Positions 38,665 through 48,086 of a stretch of DNA of 64,000 nucleotides are shown here, piece after piece (position 1 is the first letter of the stretch; every line of letters begins with the position of its first letter). The stretch is from Candidatus Thorarchaeota archaeon. Its GTDB lineage: Archaea; Asgardarchaeota; Thorarchaeia; Thorarchaeales; Thorarchaeaceae. The stretch spans positions 32,001 through 96,000 of the forward strand of contig JAGSHN010000004.1 in the NCBI GenBank assembly GCA_029855935.1. The letters run 5' to 3'. A program made the position numbers and the translations under genes. The notes beneath the pieces were generated by a model. The model saw nothing but the letters and a program-made list of their open reading frames with translations. It searched no databases and was not told where the DNA came from.

Positions 38665-39894
38665 ATGTCCACATACCTAGTTCCCACTCCCTTCGGGGTC
38701 TTCGTTCACAACGAAGACTGTAGAATACTGTATGAGGTCATTGTCTACCCAGATGAGGAACTAGCCACCAAGATGATGATGCAGATTGCAGACAAGACTC
38801 TGCCTGTCGAGATTCGAGATGCGATTGAGGCGGCACGGCAGGCTGGCGTCAATCGAATTGTTGTTGAGAGCAGTGGACTTGCAGCACTCATCAGGGACCT
38901 CAACGTCGAGGTGATGGTCGACAATGCCTCAAGGGCCATCAAGATGTTCAGGACGAGCATTGACAGTGTTCTCATAGAAAGAGGTGTGCTCGAGTCCGAG
39001 CAGCAGACGACCGACTTCAGGCGACGAGTTGCTCTGGGTATCTCAAGAGAGAAGATAATGCGACATCTCAGATCCCCTGATCTCACCATCAAGTATGCTG
39101 TGGAAACGATTGATAGCCTCGACAAGACAATCAATCTTCTTGGAATGCGGCTGAGGGAGTGGTATGCCATTAACGTGCCCGCTATAGTCAACCATGTTGA
39201 AGATATACAGACCCTTGTCGAAACCGTTCTCTCTGTGGGTACGGGAATGCCAACAGCGGAACACCTTGTCAGAGCAGGACTCCCCCCTGAGGCGGCAAAG
39301 AACATTGTCGAGGAAACCGCTCAAGAGGTGGGAACACCACTGAGCGAGGAGGGTCTCAAACCAGTTCTGGCAATTGCCCAGAGTATCAGAACGATGCTGG
39401 ATGCAAGACGAACGATAGAGGAATACATTGAGAAATCTATGTCGCGTGTCGCGCCCAACATGACAGCGCTCGTCGGTCCACTCGTGGGGGCTCGGCTCAT
39501 CAGTGCGGCGGGATCGCTGGAGGACCTGGCCAAGAAGCCCTCTAGCACGATACAGGTCTTGGGCGCAGAGAGAGCACTGTTTCGTAGTCTGCGGACGGGG
39601 GCGGCTCCACCCAAGCATGGGGTCATATTCCAGGTGCCGCTTGTTCATTCTTCACCCTTTTGGCAACGAGGTAAGATTGCAAGGGCACTGGCAGGCAAGC
39701 TTGCGATAGCTGCAAAGGTCGATGCCCACTCCGGTCAAGACCTCAGTGCCGCCCTGAGGCTGCAATTAGAGAGGAGAATTGAGGAGATTCGGAGGCAGAA
39801 TCCCCGGCCCAGTGCGAAAGGCCAGCCTGAGAAACAACAGCAGAGGCCCACCCGCAAGAGAGGGTCTAGAGGGAGGAGGTCGAGGTCACGTTGA
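38665..39894 (+). CDS. nop5: C/D box RNP protein Nop5 (Nop56/58)
   Basis: RLREWY, APNMTALVG, PSSTIQVLGAERALF, PKHGVIFQ, RGKIARALA. Confidence 0.96.
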   Translation: MSTYLVPTPFGVFVHNEDCRILYEVIVYPDEELATKMMMQIADKTLPVEIRDAIEAARQAGVNRIVVESSGLAALIRDLNVEVMVDNASRAIKMFRTSIDSVLIERGVLESEQQTTDFRRRVALGISREKIMRHLRSPDLTIKYAVETIDSLDKTINLLGMRLREWYAINVPAIVNHVEDIQTLVETVLSVGTGMPTAEHLVRAGLPPEAAKNIVEETAQEVGTPLSEEGLKPVLAIAQSIRTMLDARRTIEEYIEKSMSRVAPNMTALVGPLVGARLISAAGSLEDLAKKPSSTIQVLGAERALFRSLRTGAAPPKHGVIFQVPLVHSSPFWQRGKIARALAGKLAIAAKVDAHSGQDLSAALRLQLERRIEEIRRQNPRPSAKGQPEKQQQRPTRKRGSRGRRSRSR

Positions 39895-40583
39895 GTGTCC
39901 ACGAGACCAATTTCCCAGGCGTATATCAAATCACAGATGGCCAGCACACGTCACTGGCCACAAGGAGCCTAGTTGAAGGCCAGAGCGTCTACGGCGAGAG
40001 AGTAATAACAGTTGGTGAGGAGAGCTATAGGCTCTGGTCTGGACGTCGCTCCAAGCTGGCTGCAGCCATCCGAAACGGACTGGGGGAACTTCCAATCAGG
40101 CCGGGGTCGCGTGTGCTGTATCTCGGAGCGGCGTCCGGAACGACTGTCAGCCATGTCTCGGATATTGTCGGTCCGCACGGCGTGGTAAGCGCAATAGAGT
40201 TCTCGCCAACTGTGGCAAGGGGTTTGGTCAGACTCGCAGAGAGCCGCCCGAATATCATCCCGATAGTGGAGGATGCGAGACATCCGGACCGTTACGCCAC
40301 GCTCGTCGCAGGACCTGTGGATGTGGTCTATCAAGACATTGCACAGCCGGATCAGGCACGAATACTGTATGAGAACATTCGGCACTTCTGTACAATCGGT
40401 ACCTATGCGATGATTGCAATAAAGGCGCGAAGCATAGATTCTACAGCATCGGTGAAACGGGTCTTCGACAGAGAGATACGGCAACTGATGGACAGGGGAC
40501 TGGAGGTTGTCGAACGGGTGAATCTAGCCCCCCTCGAGAGAGATCATCTGATGGTGTCGCTCAGAGTTGTGGAGGATGTGTAA
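39891..40583 (+). CDS. flpA: fibrillarin-like 2'-O-methyltransferase
   Basis: VYGE, RSKLAAAI, VLYLGAASGTTVSHVSDIV, DIAQPDQA. Confidence 0.97.
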   Translation: MSVHETNFPGVYQITDGQHTSLATRSLVEGQSVYGERVITVGEESYRLWSGRRSKLAAAIRNGLGELPIRPGSRVLYLGAASGTTVSHVSDIVGPHGVVSAIEFSPTVARGLVRLAESRPNIIPIVEDARHPDRYATLVAGPVDVVYQDIAQPDQARILYENIRHFCTIGTYAMIAIKARSIDSTASVKRVFDREIRQLMDRGLEVVERVNLAPLERDHLMVSLRVVEDV

Positions 40584-41047
40584 TGGGTCCCTCATTTATT
40601 GAGAGAATCATTGAGAGAGAGATTGATCAGATCAACGACCACCTACCTCAGACCACTATTCTACTCTCCCAACTCGAGAGCGATAGACGCCTCACGTATG
40701 TCACTCGTGGGGGCGACAGCTCCGCATTCAGGGCCGACGAGATTGACTTTCTGCTTCGGGAGGTGCCCCCCCACTTTCGTGATAAGATATCGCTCCCCAT
40801 AGTCATTCTTCGTAGAATTGACCTAGGACCGGGGATGTACACTATATCGGGCGGAAGGCTGGTGTCATTCCTACTGCATCGAGTCCTAGGACAGGTAGAC
40901 CTAGCATGGGAAGATCTGATGGACTGGACAGAGAGAACGACACTTGCTCGGCCGGAGGTACAGGCCATCCGACGAAGACTACCCACAACTACCTGCCTGG
41001 GTTTTGCACATAGTGTACCACGAAGGGCCTTCTCCAAGACCGACTGA
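40583..41047 (+). CDS. DUF61 / UPF0216 family protein
   Basis: INDHLP...LPIVI...IRRRLPTTT; usual position after fibrillarin. Confidence 0.75.
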   Translation: MGPSFIERIIEREIDQINDHLPQTTILLSQLESDRRLTYVTRGGDSSAFRADEIDFLLREVPPHFRDKISLPIVILRRIDLGPGMYTISGGRLVSFLLHRVLGQVDLAWEDLMDWTERTTLARPEVQAIRRRLPTTTCLGFAHSVPRRAFSKTD

Positions 41048-41133
41048 GGCGGCCGAGTGGCTACACAGAGACATCCTCCACTAACAGAATCCTCAAAAGC
41101 ATATTGTAGGAAGGGGCAGGCGAGTGATGCCAG

Positions 41134-42096
41134 ATGACAAGAGCCCGCAGCAGACTAATTGAGGAGGTATGTTCTCAGTTAGAGGCTGCTGGGTTTGATA
41201 TGTCATCACCCTGTGATGTCAGACCGACCTGCTTCGATCTTGTCGCCCGAAGAGATGACCAACTCGTTCTCATCAAGGTCCTGAACAATGTGGACGCCCT
41301 CACGAAGGAGGATGCTGACACTCTTCAGCAGGTCGCCCAATTCTTCAATGCCACACCGTTGGTGATTGGACGAAAGACACGGAGAGGCGAACTGGACGAG
41401 GATGCCGTCTACAAGCGGTACGGAATATCGACCATAACACCGGTCAGCCTCCGAAGAATCATCACAGAGGATGCCCTTCCAAGAGAGTACATCCAGCGGG
41501 GTGGCAGATTTGTGGCCATCGATGGCGCAAAGTTGAGGAGAGCCCGTCTCGAGCGACGCATGAGCAAGCATGACTTGGCCGAGTGCGTACAGGTCTCCAC
41601 ACGAGCCATTCTTGCGTACGAGAGAGAGGAGATGGATGTCAGTGCGGAGGTGGCACAGAAACTCGAGAAAGTTCTTGAAACAGACCTCATCATCCCGATC
41701 GACATACTTAGAGATCGTGGTGCCACTAGCCAAGTGACTCCACCGAGTGATGTGCGTGATATTCCTGACCTTGAGCGTCGTGTCAACGAGTTCTTCGAGA
41801 GGCTGGGAATGAAGGTCCTCTGGACAAATCGGGCGCCGTTCCACGTGGCGGCCAAGGAGCGAGGACCTCCACTTATGTCCGGTGTCGGTTCGCTTCGAAG
41901 TTGGTCGCTCAAGAAACGAGTTCAGATACTGAAGAGTGTTTCAGAGGTCACAGAGTCCGATGCTGTGCTCATCGTCGAGGAGGGGCAGGCTGAAACACGT
42001 GTCGCAGATGTGCCTGTGATCAGGCAGCTGGAACTCGACGAGATTGAGAAGGCTGGAGAGCTCAAGAAGATCATTGCTGAGCGGAGCGAACAATAA
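41134..42096 (+). CDS. archaeal HTH-type regulator (COG1395-like)
   Basis: CFDLVARR, IKVLNNVD, RGGRFVAIDG, XRE HTH, RAPFH. Confidence 0.88.
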   Translation: MTRARSRLIEEVCSQLEAAGFDMSSPCDVRPTCFDLVARRDDQLVLIKVLNNVDALTKEDADTLQQVAQFFNATPLVIGRKTRRGELDEDAVYKRYGISTITPVSLRRIITEDALPREYIQRGGRFVAIDGAKLRRARLERRMSKHDLAECVQVSTRAILAYEREEMDVSAEVAQKLEKVLETDLIIPIDILRDRGATSQVTPPSDVRDIPDLERRVNEFFERLGMKVLWTNRAPFHVAAKERGPPLMSGVGSLRSWSLKKRVQILKSVSEVTESDAVLIVEEGQAETRVADVPVIRQLELDEIEKAGELKKIIAERSEQ

Positions 42097-42124
42097 GAAG
42101 ACTAGCAACCTGCAATAATAATTG

Positions 42125-42805
42125 TCAGGGGAGCCTCTGTTGAGTGTGTTCAGAGGCGGACAATACTCGGATCACAGACTTCCAAGTTCTACGTATGATT
42201 GGTGGCAACGGCACCCCCGCTGTGACAAGGCCACGAACAAAGTCGACCGTCTTCGCATCGGAAGGGTATCCAGAGCCAAAGTCCCCATAGGTGCCGTGTA
42301 AGTCCCTGATGACGGCATCACGTCGCACTTTTGCAATGATTGATGCTGCGGCCACGACCACATTGTGCCGATCAGCGCGGTGCTCGGCCACGAACTGACA
42401 CTCGTCAGACTGCAGTCCGCTACTTGCTGCGACCCTGTCTCGAAACCGGTGGGGGTCGACATCTGCAGCGTCCATATAGACTCGGTCTGGACGAAGCTCG
42501 CGTACTATCTCTGCAAATGCGTCCACCTCAATCTGATTCAGACTGGTGCCTCTTCCCCGTAGGTCGTCGATGACCCTTGCAGGTATCGAGCGTAACGAGA
42601 TGCGATCCACCGTTTCAAGTATGAGGCCATACAGGACCTCGCGGCGATGCGGCGTCAGACACTTTGAGTCACGAACACCAATCTCTTCGAGCTCGGGAAT
42701 CCTGTCCTCGGTGACGAGTACCCCACAGACTATGAGGGGGCCAATCATTGGACCGCGACCAGCCTCATCAATACCCGCGACAGCAAGAGAACCATTTGAC
42801 GACAT
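42125..42805 (-). CDS. rnhB: ribonuclease HII
   Basis: GIDEAGRGP, VRDSK, AAASIIAKVRRD, GSGYPSD. Confidence 0.97.
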   Translation of the reverse strand: MSSNGSLAVAGIDEAGRGPMIGPLIVCGVLVTEDRIPELEEIGVRDSKCLTPHRREVLYGLILETVDRISLRSIPARVIDDLRGRGTSLNQIEVDAFAEIVRELRPDRVYMDAADVDPHRFRDRVAASSGLQSDECQFVAEHRADRHNVVVAAASIIAKVRRDAVIRDLHGTYGDFGSGYPSDAKTVDFVRGLVTAGVPLPPIIRRTWKSVIRVLSASEHTQQRLP

Positions 42806-42950
42806 CGTTGCACTGACGTGTGAAGAATCTGGTATAACCCTTGTTCTTCACAGCAAAGAGGCCTCTGTGACTCGCAATGGGACAGAAAGCTTCATATCTG
42901 CATCAGGTGTTTCGAGCCCTTGGGCCTATGCCCAGACGAGTGCATTGAAT

Positions 42951-43060
42951 GGGGACGTGGCCTAGTCCGGCATGGCGACGGGCTCCAGATCTTATGAAAC
43001 AAGGGGTCATAAGAAGAGCAGACTCGTCGGTCCTGGGTTCAAATCCCAGCGTCCCCACCA
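42951..43060 (+). tRNA. tRNA-Trp(CCA) with 33-nt intron at 37/38 (42989..43021)
   Basis: GGGGACG/CGTCCCC acceptor; ACGGG-CTCCAG^A-CTCGT anticodon arm; intron hairpin TCTTATGA/TCATAAGA. Confidence 0.92.
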
Positions 43061-43179
43061 ATGCAATCACCTCCTTCTTCCTCTCATCTGCAACAGGGTC
43101 GACTGACGATCACACTGCGGGCCACCCAAGACGCTGTCCAATTGCCACCTTCATGTCTGTGAGGAACAGTCATCTAGCA

Positions 43180-43190
43180 CAATCTTTAAA
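43180..43190 (+). promoter_or_regulatory. TATA promoter candidate for 5S rRNA
   Basis: CAATC-TTTAAA about 30 nt upstream. Confidence 0.55.
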
Positions 43191-43218
43191 ACTCGACCGC
43201 AGGACAGACGATACTCGA

Positions 43219-43333
43219 TGGCGGCCATAGGCGCCAGGGTCCACCGGAACCCGTTCCGATCTCCGAAGTTAAGGCTGGCGCCGTTGCCGGAGATGTGCGC
43301 TGCGCGAGCGCGTGACAGGCCGGCAAGCTGCCA
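43219..43333 (+). rRNA. rrf: 5S rRNA (stand-alone)
   Basis: TGGCGGCCATAG...CCCGTTCCGATCTCCGAAGTTAAG...GCTGCCA with paired ends. Confidence 0.93.
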
Positions 43334-43335
43334 CA

Positions 43336-43350
43336 TTTTCCCTTCTTTTC
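43336..43350 (+). terminator. U-rich terminator candidate
   Basis: TTTTCCCTTCTTTTC directly after 5S rRNA. Confidence 0.5.
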
Positions 43351-43479
43351 ATCCCGTCCTGACCTCATTGGGTGGTCACCTGCGTTTCGGAGGGGCCACA
43401 TTCAACCACAAAAAGACCTTCGTATTAGCATAGATAGAAATGATTAAAGCGGTACTACCCTTCCAGCGCGTCGATATAG

Positions 43480-44598
43480 ATGCAGTTCGGAAACGCCTCA
43501 GAGATCAGTTGGATCATCAATCTGGCATTCTTTGCATTCATTCTAATCTTCAGCCTCTATGGTGCCAAGATACAGATGTGGCAATGGTTGAAACAGATAG
43601 AGGCGGGGTTGATTGAGCTAAAGCGTATGGCAATCGAGTCTAGACAGAGGGCGATAGACACATTCAAGGAGTACGGTAGGAGCGAGGAGGAAGTTGCAAC
43701 CGAACTTGACAGATGGCTCGACTATTTTCTGATATACCCTGTAGACCTCGATCCTGCGGGTATACTCCAACGACTTGATCACCTGTTAGATGAGCGCAGA
43801 GATAGATATCGGGAGTTTGTGACCCAACTGGCACCTGAGGCCGGACCGGAGCTCGCACAAAACCTTGAGAATACACTCGAAGTCGCGCAGGTGCTCAGCC
43901 TAGTCTTCCGAATTGTGCGCCATTACTACCTCTTGGGCAAGAAGACGGGAAGCCAGATACTCATAATGCAGATACACATGCAGATGCCAGAGCTGCTGCG
44001 CATTGCACGTGCGTACTTCGAGGCCATTGATGCCTTTGCAGACGGAAAGCCGATTGGCGATGGAGTGGGGCCACTAGTTGTGACGAGATTTGCTAGGGAA
44101 TACGGAGCGACACCCGACCAATACGTCCACGATGTTAGCCGGGAGGTTGGCTACTACAGGGTGGAGTTCGAGGGGCGAACTGTCTTCGCCGTACGAGCCA
44201 CAGGACCTGGAGGAACCGTCGGAAAGCCTGGTGTTGCAGTGAAGCGACTTGTTGAGGAAAACAAAGGCGCCATCTCGAGAATCATAACCGTGGATGCGGC
44301 TCTGAAGCTCGAGGGAGAGGAGCTCGGACGCATATCGGAGGGAACAGGTGCGGCGATAGGAGACCCCGGACCAGAGAAACATGCAATCGAGCAGACCGCG
44401 ACCGATCACGACATCGCCATTGAGGCGATTGTGGTGAAAGAGGATGAGGCTGCAGCGGTCGGAGTAATGAGGAAGAGGATCTTGGACTCTGTTCCAGAGG
44501 TCATCAACAGGGTCAAGTCTGCAATAAGAGAGAGAACAAAGCCAGGTGACAAGGTGATTCTGGCCGGGATTGGGAACACCATAGGGATTGGACTGTGA
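43480..44598 (+). CDS. DUF1512 family membrane-anchored protein
   Basis: N-terminal TM; PVDLDPAGI, PIGDGVGPLV, GPGGTVG, TVDAALKLEGE, GIGNTIGI. Confidence 0.88.
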   Translation: MQFGNASEISWIINLAFFAFILIFSLYGAKIQMWQWLKQIEAGLIELKRMAIESRQRAIDTFKEYGRSEEEVATELDRWLDYFLIYPVDLDPAGILQRLDHLLDERRDRYREFVTQLAPEAGPELAQNLENTLEVAQVLSLVFRIVRHYYLLGKKTGSQILIMQIHMQMPELLRIARAYFEAIDAFADGKPIGDGVGPLVVTRFAREYGATPDQYVHDVSREVGYYRVEFEGRTVFAVRATGPGGTVGKPGVAVKRLVEENKGAISRIITVDAALKLEGEELGRISEGTGAAIGDPGPEKHAIEQTATDHDIAIEAIVVKEDEAAAVGVMRKRILDSVPEVINRVKSAIRERTKPGDKVILAGIGNTIGIGL

Positions 44599-44613
44599 GG
44601 CGGGTGAATGTAA

Positions 44614-44979
44614 TTGGGAGTCGTAACGAAGATAATCAGCCTGTCATTCATTGCACTAGGCACTCTGATAGTAATCACCTATGGAGGCGCTCAGGACCCC
44701 GTCATCTCATTCATTGGCATGTTCGCAGGGCTTATGCTATGGTCAATTGGACTCGCGCTGATGGGCGCGGGAAGGACTACTCAGGTCAAGCCGCCGCCAC
44801 CAACCATCACCGAAATTCGCTGTGATAACCCAGACTGCGATTTTAAGGAGATTAGAGACTTCGAGCCAGGAGACTACATTCTCCGCCCCATGGAGGCCCA
44901 CTGCCCGAAGTGTCAGGGCAGTCTGACAATATATGGTATCTATGTAGTGTTGGAACAGGAGGAGAAGAGCACAATATAG
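44614..44979 (+). CDS. two-TM protein with C-terminal Zn ribbon
   Basis: Two hydrophobic helices; CDNPDC.FKEIRDFEPGDYI...CPKC. Confidence 0.8.
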   Translation: MGVVTKIISLSFIALGTLIVITYGGAQDPVISFIGMFAGLMLWSIGLALMGAGRTTQVKPPPPTITEIRCDNPDCDFKEIRDFEPGDYILRPMEAHCPKCQGSLTIYGIYVVLEQEEKSTI

Positions 44980-44990
44980 GGCAGAGGAGC

Positions 44991-45887
44991 TCATTCTGTC
45001 AGAATAGTCGCACCATCTTCGGAAACAAAGACTGTATGTTCGGTCTGGCTCACCAGCCCTCCACGCTTCTCCACGAGGACGGGATAGCCTCGTATCGCCT
45101 TTGCGCGTAACAGCTTCTTCAGCTCCTCTGCGAGCTGAATGCCCTTCTGCGAGACTCCAATCCATCTTGAGGCAAAGGGGAGAGGACCGTAGCTCTTTCG
45201 GAGGTGCAGTCGGAGCTTCTCTGTCACTCCGGTCAGGGGCTTGTCTACAGGGTTGTTAGAGAATATGTACATCTGCTTGCTATCAACCACTCTCGACCCC
45301 GTTGTGGCAAACGGCTCTATGGCATAGTACTCTCCAGCCAAGATGGGCGTAGAGTCGCGTGTCTTGACATTCGGTATCTGTTTCCCGGCATGAAGGGCGT
45401 ACCTCTTCAGACTGTGACCAGTCAGCTCCCTGACGGGCCGCAGACCATAGTCCTTGATGACCCGCTCTATTACGGCGCCCACCTCACCGACGGTGACACC
45501 TGGGCGGATAAAGGATATTGCCTCGTGGAGTGCCTCTGCGGAGGCGTCGACGAGCGCATCGAGAGTACCATCGAGATCCACGGTCCGTGCAGTGTCAGCG
45601 ATATGACCATTAATATGAACGCCAACATCGACCTTGACAACTCCAAAATCCGGAATCACGGAGGGGTCGTTCTTCGGAGATGTGTAGTGCGCGGCAACCT
45701 CATTGACAGAAACGTTACACGGAAAGGCAGGTCGTCCACCAAGCTCGAGAATCCGCTTCTCGGCAAGAGCGCAGATACTGATTATCTTCGCGCCCGGACG
45801 AACTGCCTCGCATGTTTCTCCAAGTACTCGTGCTGCAATCCGTCCGGCCTTGACACTGTCGGGATGAGGTCTTCTTGCCATTGTCAT
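44991..45887 (-). CDS. map: type II methionine aminopeptidase (copy A)
   Basis: AFPCN, AAHYT, KVDVGVH..G.IAD, GH, AIEPF, QTEHT. Confidence 0.95.
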   Translation of the reverse strand: MTMARRPHPDSVKAGRIAARVLGETCEAVRPGAKIISICALAEKRILELGGRPAFPCNVSVNEVAAHYTSPKNDPSVIPDFGVVKVDVGVHINGHIADTARTVDLDGTLDALVDASAEALHEAISFIRPGVTVGEVGAVIERVIKDYGLRPVRELTGHSLKRYALHAGKQIPNVKTRDSTPILAGEYYAIEPFATTGSRVVDSKQMYIFSNNPVDKPLTGVTEKLRLHLRKSYGPLPFASRWIGVSQKGIQLAEELKKLLRAKAIRGYPVLVEKRGGLVSQTEHTVFVSEDGATILTE

Positions 45888-45952
45888 TCGCTTGAGTGGC
45901 ACTGGGCAACAATGAAATAAATGTTGGTTGGACGGTGGGGGACTCCCGCCTT

Positions 45953-46852
45953 TCAGACAGCGGTTGTGACGACTGGGCCGTCCTCTGTGACCAGAACCGT
46001 ATGCTCAAACTGGCTGACGATGCCTCCGCTTGCCTCGACAAGGACGGGATAGCCTCTGATGGCCCCTGCATTGATGAGCGTACGGAGGTTGGCCTCGACA
46101 TCCGGTAGCCCCATCTGCTGGACCCAGCGAAGAGCGAAGGGCAAAGTCCGAAACCGCTGGTGAAGTGTCTTCAGGAGATCTCTCGCAGCAGCGGGCAGGT
46201 CGGGCCTGCCAAACGTTGTACCAGAGAAGATCAGAGTGGGCCGACGCTCAGCGACCGCACCAGTGCCGTCCGTTGCAAATGGCTCGATGGCATATACGTG
46301 CCCCGCCTTTATCTCATATTGTTCCGCGGAACTGATGTTGGGAATGGAGAGCCCAGCGTGCAGAGTCCATCTACGCATCTCATGGCCCGCGAGCTGATAC
46401 ACGGGAGTCAGCCCAATCCGGCGGATTTCTCTTTCGATGACAGTGCCGATGTGACCGACAGTGACTCCGGGATGCATCTCCGCGATTGCAGCTTGTAGTG
46501 CGCTATGCGCTGCAGAGATGAAATTAGGATGCGACCCATCAAGGTCAATGGTGAGTGCAGAGTCTGCCAAGTAACCGTTCATATGTGCACCGATGTCAAC
46601 CTTGACAAGACCACTATCAGGAATCAACGTCGAATCGTGTTGGGGACTCGTATAGTGAGCGGCAACATCGTCAATTGAGATGTTGCAAGGAAATGCCAGC
46701 CCTGTGGCCCCGCGGTCAAGCAGTCTGTGTTCCGCCAATTCGCAGATGTCCACGACTCGTGCACCCGGACGAATCCGTTGGGACACCTCCCTCAACACGT
46801 GTCCCGTTATGCGGCCGGCAAGAATGATGTCATCAAGGGAGTCGGCGCTCAC
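45953..46852 (-). CDS. map: type II methionine aminopeptidase (copy B)
   Basis: AFPCN, AAHYT, KVDIGAH..G.LAD, GH, AIEPF, QFEHT; GTG start at 46852. Confidence 0.93.
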   Translation of the reverse strand: MSADSLDDIILAGRITGHVLREVSQRIRPGARVVDICELAEHRLLDRGATGLAFPCNISIDDVAAHYTSPQHDSTLIPDSGLVKVDIGAHMNGYLADSALTIDLDGSHPNFISAAHSALQAAIAEMHPGVTVGHIGTVIEREIRRIGLTPVYQLAGHEMRRWTLHAGLSIPNISSAEQYEIKAGHVYAIEPFATDGTGAVAERRPTLIFSGTTFGRPDLPAAARDLLKTLHQRFRTLPFALRWVQQMGLPDVEANLRTLINAGAIRGYPVLVEASGGIVSQFEHTVLVTEDGPVVTTAV

Positions 46853-46977
46853 TCCAGATGCCTCAGAGTGGTGAGAACGACTGGTCTTATCAGTCCACTG
46901 AAGCTGGCACACCAGCAGGTCAGTCGAAAAAGAAAAGAGCAGCATACGGAGGAGAACTCCCGGAGTGTGATTGGTAG

Positions 46978-47649
46978 ATGAGGTTCACATACCTTGGTCA
47001 TGCGTCTTTCAAGGTCGAGTCGGACGGAAAGGTGATCTTTGTTGATCCGTGGCTCAATGGCCCTACGTCACCAGTGAAAGTCGACGATGTTACAGAGGCA
47101 GACATAGTACTTGTGACCCATGATCACGGGGATCACGGCTATGATGAGGCCATCGAGATCTGCAAGAAGACTGGGGCCTGGTTCGTTGCAATAAACGAGT
47201 TAAGTCTGAGAGCCAAAGAGGCAGGGGTTGAGAATGCACACACTCTGAACATTGGTGGCAGTGTACAGATTGATGGGGTCACCGTGACGCTTGTTCAGGC
47301 ATTTCATTCGTGTGGAGTGGGTGCACCAACAGGGTTCGTCGTCAGGTTCCCAAGTGGAACGTTCTATCATGCGGGAGACACTGGCCTGTTCGCAAGCATG
47401 TCACTGATTGGCGACCTGTACAAGCCCGATGTGGCACTGCTCCCCATCGGGAGCTACTACACGATGGATGTGCATCAGGCAGCGCTGGCCAGCACATTGC
47501 TCAAACCCAAGTGTGTCGTGCCGATGCATTATGATACATTCCCCGTGATCGGTGCAGACCCAGCAGAGTTTGCCAAGCTCGTCGCCCAGAGAGACGCCTC
47601 AATCAGAGTTGCCGTCATCAGGGTCGGCGAAACTATGGATTTGCCCTGA
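46978..47649 (+). CDS. UPF0173 metallo-beta-lactamase-fold hydrolase
   Basis: LGHAS, THDHGDH, YHAGDT, PMHYDTF. Confidence 0.92.
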   Translation: MRFTYLGHASFKVESDGKVIFVDPWLNGPTSPVKVDDVTEADIVLVTHDHGDHGYDEAIEICKKTGAWFVAINELSLRAKEAGVENAHTLNIGGSVQIDGVTVTLVQAFHSCGVGAPTGFVVRFPSGTFYHAGDTGLFASMSLIGDLYKPDVALLPIGSYYTMDVHQAALASTLLKPKCVVPMHYDTFPVIGADPAEFAKLVAQRDASIRVAVIRVGETMDLP

Positions 47650-48086
47650 GCAGGTCAGACAACAAGAATGTGGAGCCGATGCCTGTCGCCCGACACACTA
47701 ACTCCCAACGTCACAGCATCGGAGTGTTCCGGCTCCGTTGAGTGGTCTCGTGGTGGGCCGTGACGGCATCGGTCCACCTGCCAATGTGTGAGCCGTGGGT
47801 GACACCAGTCTCATCTGCGGATGGCTGGACCATCCATCATCGACTAGGTCCGTCTTGGCTCGATGCTTGACAGGTGAGCAGGATGTCGCCCGCCCCTTGC
47901 GCTGCACTTCATCGATCAGAGATCTCCGTGTGCCCTCGTGAGCGGGACTTTCTCCTGACACACATCAGTCCGCGAGAGGATATTAGCCTTGTTGTGCGTC
48001 GCGTAGCATACTCGCCAGTCGAAAAATGGTTGGGAGTGCAGTCCCGTATGACAACGTTCAAATACAAGGCCCCTCCCGTAGGAGAA

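Noticed and set aside
47938-47957. Minus-strand GGAGAAAGTCCCGCTC resembles RNase P/MRP conserved region I
   Set aside because: No matching 3' P4 strand or CR-V motif (ACAGAA...GGCU) found downstream
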